Origin: Tubulanus polymorphus
Lineage: Eukaryota > Animalia > Nemertea
DNA length: 64,000 bases
Assembly: GCF_964204645.1 (NCBI RefSeq)
Contig: NC_134028.1
Coordinates: forward strand, 19,901,245 to 19,965,244
Reading direction: 5' to 3'
Shown here piece by piece: positions 10,772 through 25,853 of the stretch. Positions within the stretch are counted from its first letter, which is position 1; the number at the start of each line of letters is the position of its first letter. Below the pieces are notes generated by a model. It was not told the origin of the DNA. It did not search any database and was given only the letters and a program-made list of their open reading frames with translations. The position numbers and the translations under genes are program-made.

Positions 10772-13700
10772 GGCGGATAAGGCATAAGTTCCAACGGTGT
10801 TGTTTCTGGTGTATCTATCGTTGTAGAAGATGTTCTCTATGTCTTTATAGAAATAGTGAGATCTCGTATCTCGATTTTCATAAGACAAAACCATCAGAAT
10901 TCCAACATATATCGTGTAGAATATGATCTCCCAGATAATGTTCACCATTTCGATTTCCTTAAGCCTAAAAGAGATGAGAATTGACCATGTTAACACGACA
11001 AAGAACAAGGTTGCAGTTTTGCGGGTAGGATCGGGGAAAAGAACTGAAATATTTATGTATGTCATTCTAACCATGAGTTAAATTTCGCTTACGGCTGAGG
11101 AACCGCGTTTTAACTGGCTGCTTAGCGTTTAAACCAAACAACAAATGAACTGTTACTACGATTCCGACTAAAAAGCATTTGGTCCTAAGTGTGAATACCA
11201 TGTATCTCTGCCTTTGTCATCTTTATTGGAACATGGATTCTTGATTCCATGATTGGAATGGCCTACAGTCTATTCCCTCTTATTCCAGGTAGCTTTTAGT
11301 TCCTCACCATGTATATATGTCTTCAGTTTATCGAGGCTGTCATCTGACTTGATTTGTTTTGATTTATCTCTATTGCCTAAATTGTATTCATTCGTACGTA
11401 CCTCTTATCCCTGGCAGCTTTAAGTTCTTCCTCGTCCGGTGGCAGTGGTATGGCTTTATATCGAGCGATTTTTTCTTTAATATCAGGCGAGTTGCAGTAA
11501 GGATCGTGCAACCACTCCTCGTTGTCCTTGAGGCTGTTGTCGTACTCGCTCTCGTCCGGTTCCTCAAGGTCGGGTTTCTTGATGATCAGGGCGTAAAGAA
11601 GGGCCAAAAACAAAACCTGAAAAATGTCAAGGGAAGTGAAATGACAATGAAACGATCATTCATCTACTGAATGAAAAAACGAAAAAAAGAGAAATATATT
11701 AATCTTTATTTATCTAAGCATAATAAATTACATACAATTAATGTAAACATAATAATGGCAATCAATGCATAGAGATGTGATAACACTTCATCACAAAAGT
11801 AAAAAAAAATGCAAAAAGTTCGAACCCACGTGAGAATATACTATGGTGAATGTACTACGGTACCTTAATCGGTTGTTGAAGCATGATCGACTGGATGAGA
11901 GAAACTCCAAATGATGCAATCCACTCCTTAGAGCCTGATAACCCGAGGTCTTTGGAGAACATGTTCGCGAAATAGAAGCTCACTGCCACGGCAATAAATG
12001 CAAGCGTATGGCCGACAATCACACACCACCACGGCAAAACCACTTTCTTCTTCTTCTTTTTCTGGTCGTCTTTTTTCGGTGATTCTGGTATTTTCCCGTA
12101 GCCCGATGCGTCCGTGTAGCTGATTTTCTGACTGGTTTGGGAGTCTTTCCAAGGTCGTCGCGATGGTGTCGCGGATTTTCTCTCGCCTGAACCGTAAATA
12201 AGTACAAATGATTAGTAAGATAAGTAGCTAAATTCCAGTCAAAACGGGCTTGATTTAGGTATTTACGTGCCTGTATCTAGATACTCTTTTTCGTTTTGCA
12301 ACTCTATTTCCATCGCCTCCGAAGCCTGGTCCGACTTCATTTCGCTGTATTTCGAGTCGCACACGCGTTTGTTGCGACAACATTTGCCACAGGCGTTCGG
12401 TGGCCAGGGACCGGACATCCTGAACAGCAGCACGATAAACACATTCACCGGTACGATTATCAACGACGCCAGGATAGAAACGACCAGTTGCTCGAGCGTA
12501 AACTTGATCGGCCCGATGACAATTTGCGTGACGTTTTGCCGCATCGCCATCGCCTTGTAGAAGGTCAAACTGGCCATCATCGACACGTAGACGAGGGTTA
12601 AACAACACGTCAATCTCTGAACGCGGGTGAAGTTGCTTTTCGGAGGTCTTTTGAAAACCGATAACCAAATATGCCCGTCGGAGAGGTCTTTGCGAGTTTT
12701 CGACCAGAATAGATAGTTGAAGGCTTTCATCTCGATGTCTCCCGCTAGGGGAATTATTCTGTCGATCTGAAAAAACGCATCGACATATCTCGAGTGGACG
12801 ATTGCTTCATTAATGCTAAGGGTCCATTAAGGCCTACTAGTTTTAAACGTTATTACGTAGGTAGTAAATAATTAATTAAAAACGTTTATATTAACCATAA
12901 CTTGCAAGGTCTGGCCCATTGCTAATTCCATCCGTACTGCTCACGTTTCAAAAAGCAATCTACGTATATTTCGGATCATTTCTTGCTTATCAGTGCTTAT
13001 TTGATGAGAACTGTTGCAGCTAAGAACATATTTTGGTTATACATGTATCAGTATTTACAATGCTTAGGCAAAACAACACGTAAGGTCCCAGTGGAGAAGA
13101 AGGAATTGGAATGACACTCACCAAACCGTCTTCTTGTTCTACGGCCAACCATTTGTCACAAATGAACAGATATCTATCCAGAGTTTGAATATCGGTTACT
13201 TGCATCTGGTTGAAAAACCAAGACGGATTCTTGCCACCATTATCGTGCCAAATACTGAATGATACATTTCAAAATTAACTTTCTATCATTAGGAGAAACT
13301 GAATAAGACAGTATGGTATCGAAGATCTACACTTGACAGTAAGAAACGCTTAGTTCTCCTAATTCAGATGTTGATAGAATTTCATTTAGAAATGATTTAA
13401 TGTATTAGAACGTATTACCGTAAGTGCGCTAAGTTTCCCAGCGGTTTCGGCACTACCATAATGAACGAATTAACATCGCCTTTTTGAAGAACCTTCCTTT
13501 TCTCATCCATTAAAACTCTGGGACCCGTATCACCATCTTCACCGGTCAATACAAACGATACTTGAGCTGTCGTACCTGAAAATGTAAACACATTAGGTAC
13601 CGCAGGAAACACGTACGTAAGTCAGGTGATAGATCTAAGGAACTTTCAAAGGGAATACGAGTTGGATTTCGTTCACAATACCGGCTTCTTTCGCTTCTCC

Positions 13701-16700
13701 TGTAGTTACGAGTATTTCATAAATGTATTTATCTCGGGGATCGTTATCCGGCAGCGGCGTGGAACCAGCCTATCGAAAAATAGGTATAATGATGTTAATA
13801 CTATCCATTGATAATTCGTTAAAAAGCATTTTTACACAACATCAACTACAAATGTAAAACTATGCGTCAGTAACACAGTGAAGGGTTAGATACGACCATC
13901 AAGGCCATGTTGTCTCAAATACTCAAATAACATTTTTAGAGATTTTGACAGACATTTTTAGGGTTTTGACTGTGCAACTATCGGTCCAGAACATATCTTG
14001 TTATTGTGAATTTCTGAAACCTTACCCTTACGAGATCTTTTCTGTCGGCTTTAACAGCCCAGATCAGTAGAATTAAGTATAAACATAGTAGAGACACCAT
14101 CGTACCGAACACCACTGGATTGTCGTTAGGATTGAGAAATCCGCCGCTAAAATCTATTTTCGGTAGAGGAATCGTAAAAGACGACCCGAACGTCGTCAAA
14201 TGTGTGCATTTACACTGCGTGCTATCACTAGTAGTTAGGTCACCAACCTGTGGTAGAACATAGATACGATTAGCGCCAGAGATTTCAAACTACAGCCAAC
14301 CCCCGGTATACCGGCTTCATCGGTTCAGAACGATTTTGACTATATGGAGAGTGAATGGCGGTATATCGGGGTGTTTTACTATGTATTTGTATTGAGATAT
14401 ACATTGGCGGTAGGTGGGGGCGGCGGTAAATGGGAGGGTTATTAAATTTGACTGGTGGCCAGCGCCTCGAGTCAAGAACGAAAGAATACTTCAAGTGGAT
14501 TTTACTCAGAACAAAGGAGGGCGGCCAGTCAAAACTAGATATTGATTATGACTAGGATCCAGAATGAATTTTGACTTCGGGGAGCTTCCTCAAAAATCGT
14601 ATTCCACGTCAGATGAAGTAAGAGGGGTTTCCAAGAGGATATTTTACCGTGCAGCCAGCATTCGACCATTCTTCGGTCTTTGTATTCCAGTACAAGCAAT
14701 CAGCAGTGAAAAATGATGCATTGTACATAGCCTCCTTGTAATCATTGACAGTTGCATTGGCAGGATCTGCAAACGAATCGTAGACGGTATCTTGAAGAAT
14801 TCGGAATAAATTTTCAAGAAATGCATGCTTGCGTCATAGAATCGGGCATCTAACCTATAGTTCCATTCAAAGCCTTGATGCCAACATAAACTGGTTTATC
14901 GGTTCTGCAAGAAAAAAGTCGTTCAGTATGATATGCAGGTTAAAATATCTGATTAAATCGAAAACTTACTCGCGCAAAGAATGACTTGAAATATTTTGGA
15001 TTAAAACTGTTAAGCTTATGCAGAACAATCAATACTTGGTGTCAATACATCGTTTACCCATTTAGAATGTTGTGGAACAAGCATGTATTCAGATCCCTTT
15101 CTGCTGCTGTAGAGCCATTCAAATCAGTTTCAGCATGAAAGGGCAGCGTGCAGTTGAAATCATGTTTAGAAACAGTTGGACGTGAACCGACTTTGACGAA
15201 AACGACGAATCTCGTTATATTCTCCGAAAGAACAAAACCACCAGGAGGATCTTTAACAAAATTGAGAAACAATTCAGAAATGTGTATTCACACGCTTACT
15301 ACGTGACCTGAAATGTTTAAGTCTAATGATATCGGTTGCACCATTGACAAAGTTCATGTTCTTCGATATCATAATCTTTCATCCATGAATTCAAATCAAC
15401 GCTTTAAAAAAACTTTCGCTGATAACAACCGTAATTACAAATCAAGTTAACTCCGACCGTTCGTAGATTGTGTAGATGATGACAATAAAAAGGAGTGTGA
15501 GTACCTTTCATCGGGGCTGTTGTAGTAACATTAATTTTTGGATTTATCGACGGAGTTGAATTTGTCAGTGAAGTCACAGTTGCAGATGTCCCAGTGACAA
15601 TAGTTTTGGTATTGGTAATACCGGCAGTTGTTGCGCCGAAAGTGGTAACATTGGTTACATCAGTTACATTGAATGAAGTAGTGTCCAATGTCTGGTCTGG
15701 AGTCTTGAAAATCTTGGAATTTGGTAAAGTAGTTCGGGGAGTACTACTGGAAGTTGCAGCGCTCGGAGAAGTAACGCTGGAACTCGAGGATGTAACCGTA
15801 TTTGAAGTCGTGCTATTTGAAATTGAAGACAACTTTGTAGTTGGGGCTTGCTGCGTGTTGTTGTTGGTAGTCGATTCTGTTGTGCCGTTGACAACGTCCG
15901 TGGCGTTTTCACTTAATACAACTTTAATGCCGAGCGTTGCGTCAAGTGGTACCGTTATAGTATGGATCAGCATTTCCTCATTAGGCTTCGTCGATTCTAC
16001 AACACTTATATCTGGAATCTAAGTACATTTAAAAAAAAAAACATGATAAAGTGCAATATCTGATATTACTAATTAACATTATCAACAGTTTCTTTGCTAC
16101 GATATTTACGCCGTTTCGTTTCCTTTCGATAACTAGTACGATCGGGTCTGGCAGACCGCCAACGATCATCGGGTCACCGGTTTCATTTCTCATATCTAAC
16201 GACAGTAGTCCTGACGTCACTTCCTTGGGTTTGGTTGCCGCGTTGTTACCGGTGTTGTTCGAAAACGTATAAATGTTTGAACTGATTGAAAGACACTTAA
16301 ATACGAAGAACACGAAAACGTGTTAACATACATTTTTGATATCCGACAAAATATAGGAGAAATTGTATACTTAGAGCTTTTGATGTTCCACTAATACGAA
16401 CCTTTGACTCTACAAAGTAAGTCGTGTCATTCCCTTCTCCGACTATCAACGAAGGGTTAGGCAAATCTATTTTATCCTTCGAGTTTTTCCTGCCAGGCGT
16501 GATAGGTTCTAAATTGCAAAAAGAAACTCAATTAGTCGATTCAAATAGTAATAAATCGAACATTTTGATATTACGTACTTTTGGATAGCTCTCCAGAAAA
16601 CCTCTTTTCCAGACTCATACTCATTGATGCCGTTGTCATAACGCTTGGCTCGTCGCCGGGAACTTTTCGTTGCATCACAATCATAACCATACAAGATTTA

Positions 16701-19700
16701 ACTAATGTGTCCAAATCCAGAATATACTGTTTAGCCTAAAACGATCATAACAACATAAACATGTCTATTGGAAAGTCGCGTCATGCAAAATATTAGTTGA
16801 ACAAACGATTGATTTTTTGTCATTTGTGTATAAACCTCATATTGTCTTCTAACCCCTAGCAAAATGTTGGCCATACGTACATGTATATCCTATTGTCTTG
16901 TAACCGAATTTGCATTATAGCCTTTTGAGGCTATATGTACTGGATAGTCAAAACGTGTGGCTTTATCTCACATTTAAACCTTCGCAGAAATTACATGCGT
17001 TTTTTTAGATGCGTTGGACTTTCGCGCTTTACCATCATCGTAAGAAATGAATCTTTGAACGACCGCGTTGGAAGGCTTATCGACGGCGTTCAACAGTGTC
17101 AATGAATACTTTTGACTCAGCCGTTAAAACAGTTAATTACATACCGTATTTACAACATCATCCAGTTTTAGCATTTCTTTCTGTAATTCAGCCCGAGACA
17201 AAGTTCTTGTTGGAGGAGTATTTTGTTGTTTACTATTCGGATTCAACATCGATTCATACATGGCAATTTCTTTTTGCGCATTTTTGCTGACCTCTCCAGC
17301 ACCAATAGCCGCATTTCCTAAATTGAATAGACCCATTATACTAAGATAAATCTTCGAAACCTTAGATCAGAGAAAAGAAACAAAAGCCAATTAAGAACTT
17401 GAATTCGATCGCAGACCCGTGGCCCAAGAGCTGCTTCCACACTCGCAGTTCAAATTTGAATCAAGCATTAATTTTTGTCGTCGTATCAGAAATGATGATC
17501 ATTTGGTTAATAGGGTCTGGTCGCTTGAAGCCAGTAGTAAATTGATATGAGTTTTACGTTTGAGTTGAATACAATCGGAAAGGAATAATGTTCAGTATAG
17601 TTTATAGTGTACAATCTTAGAAATAACCTACCGACCACTTCCAGTAAAAACCTGCTAACGCTCTCAATGTCTTCGGCGGAACTTTCAACTTGACCCGCGC
17701 GTTGAATTGACATATGACAGTAATCCGTCAGTATTGCGTAAAGCAATTCCTATTTGACATCAAAAGAAGATGGAAAACTTATAAGTAAACTGGAACTGTT
17801 TTCTGTAGACCTTATTTAGTGACGCAAGCATAATGGGTATTAAAGAGGTTCACTGAATTTCGACCCGCGAGATTCTTTTTTCGATTACTTTTACTCGCCA
17901 ACCAACTTCTCTTGAAAATAAACTATATTTATATAACCAAACTTGATGAAACCTTTCAGTGCGTCTACACCGCAGTGCGGGGTATAAATCGATAATGGAC
18001 TTTGTTAGTACGCCGCACTGGCTACCGCACTAGAAGGTATTGATTAGTCAGCACCGAAAGGGTTTCAATTAGATAAAATCGTTTCGTTACAACTTACAAT
18101 CGTTCTAATGGATAACTCGTCATGACGCGCTGTTACTACACCTAACGCTGAAGCTAGCTGGTTCAAAACGCCGATAGTAGGAGGCGTTATTGCTGTATAT
18201 TCGCCCACAACTAATTCACGATACTGAAAAATAAATCATGCGTCATCGGAGTGAGACCGATGCCAAATTTTTGGTATTTATCAAGTTGTCAGTTGGGACA
18301 AGTCCAAGAACATTTTCAAATCCTCGTCGGAGTTGTTAGTATCAGTCGTCCAAACCGTGCTCATTAATTGGGCTTAGATCAGCCCAGTAATGTCGGGTCA
18401 AATGTCAACCCTGAACAAAGGGTTTACTTGATTTGGTAGGACGGGATATGGTTACGGATGATACCGGTATTGAAATCCTCAATGGATTACCACTGGATTA
18501 CCTTTTCTCTCACTTTTTGTCTGGCAAGAAGGGATTCGTTCCTCGGTGGTATATTCGCTGCATCAAACGTTTGGTTCAGCGAATTCAAATCTGTTTATGT
18601 AAAATAAACAAGAAACGAATAACAGATCTCCAATCCCTTATTATCAAAATGAATTTCATAATTCCAGTCGTATAAACGATATGAATGCTGCTAAAGATTC
18701 AACAGAAGAAAAACAAATGGCTCAAAACCTCCATATCCAACCGTGTCAATGTCGTGTTAGAATTTGAGGACACCCTAAAACTAATGCGATCCGTTTAATA
18801 TTTAATAGGCTTTATGTGCCATCGTGTAAAGAATGCTTACAATCGTTGAACTGTGCATCATCACTGGCCGCTTCGTTATTCAGATAGCCGCCGTATAAAC
18901 CAATGAACTGAGCGAATCCTGCAAGATTAGCTGCCGCCAATTGATCCTGAATCTTCGCTTCAACCACTGACCACTTAGACAGAGTATTGGCGATAGTTTT
19001 AGGCGTAGGTGGCAGCACCTGTAAAAGTATTAGGCGGTTTATATTGCTGGACTTACGAAAGCGCGGCTTTAAGATTTAGAAAACAACGTTGAAGTGGAAT
19101 ATATAAGAATGGCTATAATGCAGACCATGCCCGTGCAATCACATGCTGTCTTAAATTGTTACTAAGACACAAGCTATACACACGACCAAGCCACGTCGTA
19201 TAGCTATTTTAACTAAATTACTAAATAGTTTTAAAATCAATTAAATCCAAATATACATTTAAAATGGTGTTGCTTTTCCGGGATTTTCAATGGAATGAAT
19301 GGCCAATCATGACGTACAATGAACGTGTGATGACGTCATGTACAAACGATCTGTTTTCACCAACAAATCAGGTTTTTTATTTCATAAAAATCACGACGTA
19401 CTTTGACTGAAAGGAACATATCAGTAAGGGCACCCAGCCGGTCTAAACAACGCAATGTCACATTTAAGTGATAGTCATTAGACACTAAACCTGTCGGTAA
19501 CATTGAGGGTTTTTCCATCGTCGCGTTGTTGCCTGAAATTGAATTGAAAACCTAAGTAAAATTACACTCCGAAATTACAATCTTAAAATCGTATGATAGA
19601 TCTACAATACAATAACAGTCAGTATAATTGTCGGGATTGTAAATGATACTTGATTTTCAATTGTTTCTAATTCAAAAGACAAATGTATTTTCGTGATGAT

Positions 19701-22358
19701 TGCTACGACGCAGCCATTATTTGACGTTTATATTGCTTGAACAATGTCGGTCATCAGCTTAAGTAACCACTGTCATTATATCAGAAGAATCTTTTTCGTG
19801 GAAAAAGTGTTTTAAATATCATATCTCACCGTCGTAAATCCAAATGGGATCATCTGTAGGCTTTACCCTGTAAGCGATCTTGTACCGAAGTGGACCGTCC
19901 TGATCGCTACAATCCTTACTACAGAAAACGTTAAACTCTGTACCGATTGCCGTTCCTTCAGGCGGATCCACACCGCAAATCCCTTCCTTCGGAGTATCGT
20001 TTATCTCGAACGGCAGACTGGCCTTTCCTATCGATGCAAAGAAAAACTAACAGGATCCGTTTTGAAGTTATATCTGAGGTCAACTAAGTTATCAGTTAAG
20101 ATTCTCATGTTTGGAGTTGAAAATGACGTATTAAACCTCGTATAAATTTCCAATCACATGAACCAAACGTCCGCCGACTAGTTTGCTATCTCTTCCTAGG
20201 GCCTTCTAGACCGAAGATACTAGCGGTCCAAGATTTCAATACAGACACCATTTCAAAAGGGCACAGGCAGATGCAAAAAAGGAACATTTAGGCCCTAAGA
20301 GAAAGACGTAGCTCTCTTAAACTGATTTTGTTTTCTGATGAAGCTAGTGTGCAGTAGTGAATATCAGTATGTGGACGCTTCGGGAAATTAAATATTGACA
20401 GAGTCATTCATTTGGAAACCATGATCATGCTGTTTTGGCGCCCTCTCATCATAGGTTATATGCCAGAAACTGACCTAAAGACAAAACCACAAATATCCAT
20501 TCAGCCAAGCCGAATTAAAGTAAGATAGACACGATGATTTTATACCTTTGATTTTCGGGTTTGCTGTCCTCCACGACTGCACTAATAGCGCGTATCTCGC
20601 ATCTTGATCGGTTCTCAAATTGTTGAAATAGCCATCTACAGCTGGGTATATAGAAATGTAATCATGCGTGATACCGGTGGGCACTGATTTCGCCCAATCG
20701 TTTAGCGCAATTGTTTGGAAAAGGATTGTGTGACCTTGGATTTTCACTTTTCTCAACGTCCAGCTAAAATGCGATTTTTCATGTCAACATATATCCCACA
20801 CGTATATGTACGTGAAAAATCCCACAATAATTCAGCCAAATATCTAAAGCGATTAGCAAAACTCCTTCCGAATTGGTTCAGACGTACTGATGATTGCGAA
20901 TAGTCTTTAGCCCAAACGTTGCTCAAATTAAGGGAAATTGTCCATCGAATGGTGGATAATTGTATTTACGCGACGAGAGACTGAGGACCACGCACTGGCG
21001 CCATCTATCACTAAACCTTCACGTGCGCTCGCAGCTGTTCAATAGCCAATCGGATACCTTGCGCCTTAGTCTCTGCAGAGCTGCGTCATGATAGGTAGAC
21101 GTGTTTTGAGCATTCGTTCTCGCGAAAATCCATCTTAGTCGTCGCATTTTACTTTGTTGGCGCCGACGAAGTAGGGGCCACTGTTATTTATCATGTGCGC
21201 TGTAACAACACAACTGTAATATACACTTCCATTCTAGAACTTATGACCTTTGGCTGAATTTATTATGGGATTTCTCCCGCATATTTATCTTATACGGATG
21301 TTGTGTATCTTCACGCCTTATCCAGTTTGTTACCTATTACTTCGGATTATCTGGAAAACATCGAATGATTTGATTATCATTACCTATGATTGGAGAAGGG
21401 TCGTATAAACTTACTCGAAACCGAAATCGCGAAGCCCCGGGAAATTTGTGATGGTCGTTCCTATTGAAAATCGGCTGCTGGGATTCATTTTAGTTTGACA
21501 GTTCGTAACACATCTAAAAACAAAAACGATTACCAAAATTTACGCAAAGGTTTTGCAGAAATTACCGAAAATGTGTCTTGAAGTTTTTTTTGAGAAACGT
21601 CATCGATTCCGTATAGTTTACATGTGTGGTATCGAGGCCGTTTTTAGTTACTCGGAGTATGGATTTTTTTTCAAAAAAGTGGGAGAACGAAGGGAGAAAA
21701 TAAAAATGAGCTATTTTGGACGTTTTAAAACGGAAGGGAACGGAAAATCGTATTTAAAACAAAATTATTGTTTGAGTATTTTCCACATAAAACCTCGGAC
21801 GGACTGCATAAAATAAGCAAAAAGTTGTAATGAATTTGAATCAAATGTCGGAAGAAATAAATTTTTTCAAATCACGAGATCTAGAAATTAAGATGAATAT
21901 AACTTAACGTAGATATATAATTACAGAACAACAAATAGGATAAATTAAAGTATAATGAATTAGGAACAAAAGAAATCATGAATACGATGAATTAGTAACT
22001 TGTGAAAGTTACTAGATTTAAAATCGAGGCTGATATGATGAAGCAATTATTTTGTTATTGAAAAAAAAATTTAAAAACACCCCTTGTAATTAAAAAGGTT
22101 TAAAGCCTATAAATGTTAGATTTAGCCGCGTACGCTTGGGGATCTACGGCGGACAAGGTAGACGTCCTACGAAGGGGACTTAACTGTATTCGTACTACAA
22201 AGATAACACTTACATCATTTTGATGTCAGGTGGGTCACCGTTAACCACTGATACTGACTGCTCAAAATACGCTGCTCTCAGGCCGCCCCAAAACGGGTCA
22301 TATTTCAGTACCATGAGTTTCAACGTTAAGTTGAAAGCTTCGTTCCAGTTAGCGGTAT
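10772..22358 (-). CDS. Polycystin-1-like / REJ-domain gene, multi-exon, partial; 5-prime end cut by an LTR, possibly a pseudogene
   Basis: GT-AG exons encode REJ (22358-22214 QSVSVVNGDPP; 20027-19830 CGVDPPEG..FNVFC..D.DGPLRY; 19532-19402), S/T-rich stalk (about 15500-16000), GPS (CLYWNTKTEEWSNAGC, CKCTHLTTFG), PLAT (GTTAQVSFVLTGEDGDTG, WHDNGGKNPSWF, FICDKWLAVE) and TM region (HIWLSVF.RPPKSNFTRVQRLTCC, LPWWC, QQPIK). Last exon seen is 10964-10772. Confidence 0.9.
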
Positions 22359-22914
22359 TATTGGGGTGATAAATTAGTAGTTTGCATAGAGGGAGGGAAG
22401 CCAGAGTTCAGGGCAGTGGCTGAAGTTAGTAAACAAACTACGTAGATGCTTACGTCGCACACAAGACACTGAATAGAAGATAGGTGAAAGTGACGTGAGT
22501 ATCTGCGTAGGGTTGCTGGTTATAGCGGCAGCCTTGAGCTCTGGTATGGCTAGGAAGTAAACAAGTAATAAACTCGTGACGTATAACATATGTAGAAGTA
22601 TACGTCACGAGTAACATGAAATAAGATAAAAAGGGAGGGTCAGCACAGTAAGGGGGAGAGAGATGCTAGAGTGGCGGAGAAGCCTAAAAATACGAGCTGT
22701 AGGAAGGAATAAGAATTGTGCGGGAAAATAAAGAAAGAACGTAGACCCACGAGAAGAGTTGTTATTATTCCGGAGTCAGAGGGATATCACTTATCGGATT
22801 AATCGGAGCCAACAACGACAACACGAGGGGAGAACGCAACGTGGCCCCCACAACAATTGGTTGAGAAACTCAACCCCACAACATTGTTGGAGAACCGAAA
22901 GCAACCCCACAACA
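22359..22914 (+). repeat. 5-prime LTR (556 bp), TATTG...CAACA
   Basis: Direct repeat of 25854-26411 with about four substitutions and one 2-nt indel. Confidence 0.92.
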
Positions 22915-25853
22915 TTGGTGGAGAACAGTGGTGTATCCTGCACCTCTCGCTGCCAAGCGATCGTGTATATTTGGTGAGTGAACAGGGGTGAAGTAAAAGT
23001 GTAAGATGAACGTTACATTCCGTAACCGTTATAATTACATGAAATACGGGCCGCTACCGCGGGTTAAGTTGAAATATTGCGGATAACTCGATCTGTGTAT
23101 AAAAATCATTCCCGTCAGGATTTAATAGCTGTTTGTTTGTCTTATTCGAGAAATATGTAATCTTCATATCGTCAGATTCAGTTGAAATGAATTATAGAGC
23201 TTCCAGTGCGGAAAGAAGTTGTTTCTTTCCATATTTAAATTAATTGAATTATCCGATTTGGTGTGGCGTTTTCGTAAGATCGTGTTTTGGACACTACGTT
23301 TTACATCAAAGCAAATTGAATTTACGACTCCGAATTTAGATTCGTGTGAATTAACGGACATAATGGCGTTCGGAAACGAAGCGATTCTGCGATCGTAACG
23401 CGATAAATGAAATACAGTGGGGTATTAGAGGCATTATACAAACGCATTTCATCATCGGACAGTTCATAGATCTGCTACGGGAAATCGACCTTGGAGACGT
23501 TCAACGGACTACGATTGCGGCTTATAGTAATTGTAAATAATATGATATGTATTTCTGCATGTTTTGATTGCTTTTGTAGAATGATACTCAGCGTTTTTAA
23601 GTTGCTTGTGTGCTGGGTTATTGTATCTACGTAGATATAAATATGCACTACGTAAATCTTTTATAGTTTGCTAAAATTGCTGGATGGTATTTCGCGAAAG
23701 AATGATTTATTAGTCTAGGTGAGCCACTCGGTTATCAGTGTAACGATAGTTGAAAGCGCTCACTGCCTGTATATACCTAACAAATAACTGTGGTGTTTAT
23801 GTGGTTTTAAGAAATATAATGAGTATCGCGAGTTAGTATAGAATATGTTTATTGTGCAAAGGTTAGATTGGGCGCTCAGTGGTGAATCTTACCGGAGGGG
23901 GTTTGAATAGAGTAGTTTATATGAGATGAATTAAGGTGGACCAGGGACCTGGATGAAGAGTAAGGGATTCTCTAGGGATGGTCCGGAATAAAACGGGGGA
24001 TTATAGCCCGAAGGATTAATTCTGAAGATCCTTTGAAACAGTATAATGTTTAGTGGCTAGCCTCTGGGAAAGATTGGATATATATGTTGGACATTATTAG
24101 GGTCGAATATCAAGAAATACCAAATGGGTGATTCGTCGGCCGGTTCCCTATTTATCCATAGATTTTATTTACTCCGGTAAGGCGTGACATGGGGGATGAT
24201 ACGGAAATGAGAAATGTCACGATACAGCTATTTGTTAGGTATGCTGAAATGGCCATTCAGGGGATTGGTTTTTTAGAAGTAAAGGGTTGCTCATTGCGTA
24301 ATACAATAAGTATGATAAGTATTATTCGGTAGATTGGGTATCTTAACTGAATGGTCGTAGATTGCAGGGATGTGTGAGCGCTATGTTTTTTTTTTCCGAA
24401 CTTTCAGTCCGTCTTGACCGGTTTATATACAGGATGATGCGTCGGCCGTTTTACATGTGGGGTTATATCCCCTGATTTGCGGGAAGGAATTAGAACAATT
24501 CGAATATCAGATGTGGGTGGTTTGGAAGACCATAGGCCCAGGAGTTAAAGTTAATTTTTGAGAATCGGCTGTTTGAATGGCACTGAATGAGTAGTGTCCA
24601 GAGGAATTTTCCCTAACTTTTGGGTGATGCATCTTAATGAGTTTTGTGGTCACTTTATGACATCCTTCCATAAATATATGGCGGCCTGTCTGTCTATTTC
24701 AACGGTTCCAAGCCGCAAATAGCAGTTCATGTTATCCCTGCCTAGACTACGGATAAATGTGCTTTCTGAGGAAATGGGTGGGGACTAGCAGCTGACATCC
24801 CAATAATGCGAATGTACGCATGCGGTATATTCATTTTTGGTATGTTTTGGCTTACCTTTATGTTACGTACACATAGAAAAATTATTATGAAATTGTTTGT
24901 GAATTCATTGTTGAGCATGTATGTTGCCAACGTGTGCTGGGCACATAATAATCAACTAAATGATGTATCTGGCATCTGTATTAATTTACGTCGTTGATTG
25001 GGGTCGGGACAGGTTTGACAAATCATCTGATATCGGTTAAGGTAACGGCTGATAGTTTGGACAGTGGCAAATTGACGTGTTTGCAATGGTAATTTTAAAG
25101 ACAAATTAGGCTGCACACACTGATTATTTTTTTTGGTAAAGATAACGAGAACGAGAAGAGTCAGAAAGTTGAAGTGGTTGGTCATATATTGTTAAATTAT
25201 TAGACTACATAAATGTGGATATAGAGAAATGGGTGATTGTCTATGAAAGCTATTTGGGAAGTTGTGTTTGATATGATTTTTTTGCATGACTACAATTGTA
25301 TAGGCTTGTTCTCATTAAATGTAAGATCAATATACATATGTACATGCCTCATGATTGTTATATATTACTGATGAAAAGAGTCTCATATTTGATATTTGTA
25401 GATGATTGCTTTCCCTTAGATAAAGTTCGTGTGTTAAGTTTATAAGTATCTAGAAATTTTTTTTTGCTTACCGTAAAATTCTATGGGGTCCATGTAGGTC
25501 TCGTTGATGAATCAGATGAACTGATGATGAGTGGGGTGTGTTGCTTAGTTTAGGTAGAAGTTATGCGGGATGGGATAATAGGGGAAAGGGTCAGAAATTG
25601 TGATTTATGGCTACTTTACAGGTGTTGTAAATTGATGTACGGAATGGTGGTTGTGTATCATTAGTCTTGATGTTCTGAAGGTTTTGTGTAATTTTCATTA
25701 CCCTGCGGCTGGCTTTAAGTTGTAAGAGATGTTGCTTATAAATGATGTTCTGAAGCCTGTGCACTTTTGAAAAGATTTTTTTTTTTGGGAAACTACAATA
25801 GGGTCTTGTGAATTTTTGGCGATTGGGGACCAATCGTCTGGGGAGGAGGATAG

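Noticed and set aside
15594-16022. Val-rich plus-strand ORF
   Set aside because: Antisense shadow of the Thr/Ser-rich PKD exon
20180-22100. Possible DNA transposon within the PKD intron
   Set aside because: No convincing TIR pair, TSD or transposase found
22374-22589. Repeated short ORFs in LTRs (also 25869-26114, 38939-39142, 45074-45289, 56127-56342, 60142-60345)
   Set aside because: Recurrence is explained by LTR duplication; no coding evidence
24940-25030. Shared in-frame TGA in a CxxC..CxxH minus-strand reading (also near 57380), suggesting selenocysteine
   Set aside because: Substitutions are mostly non-synonymous in that frame and no SECIS was recognised
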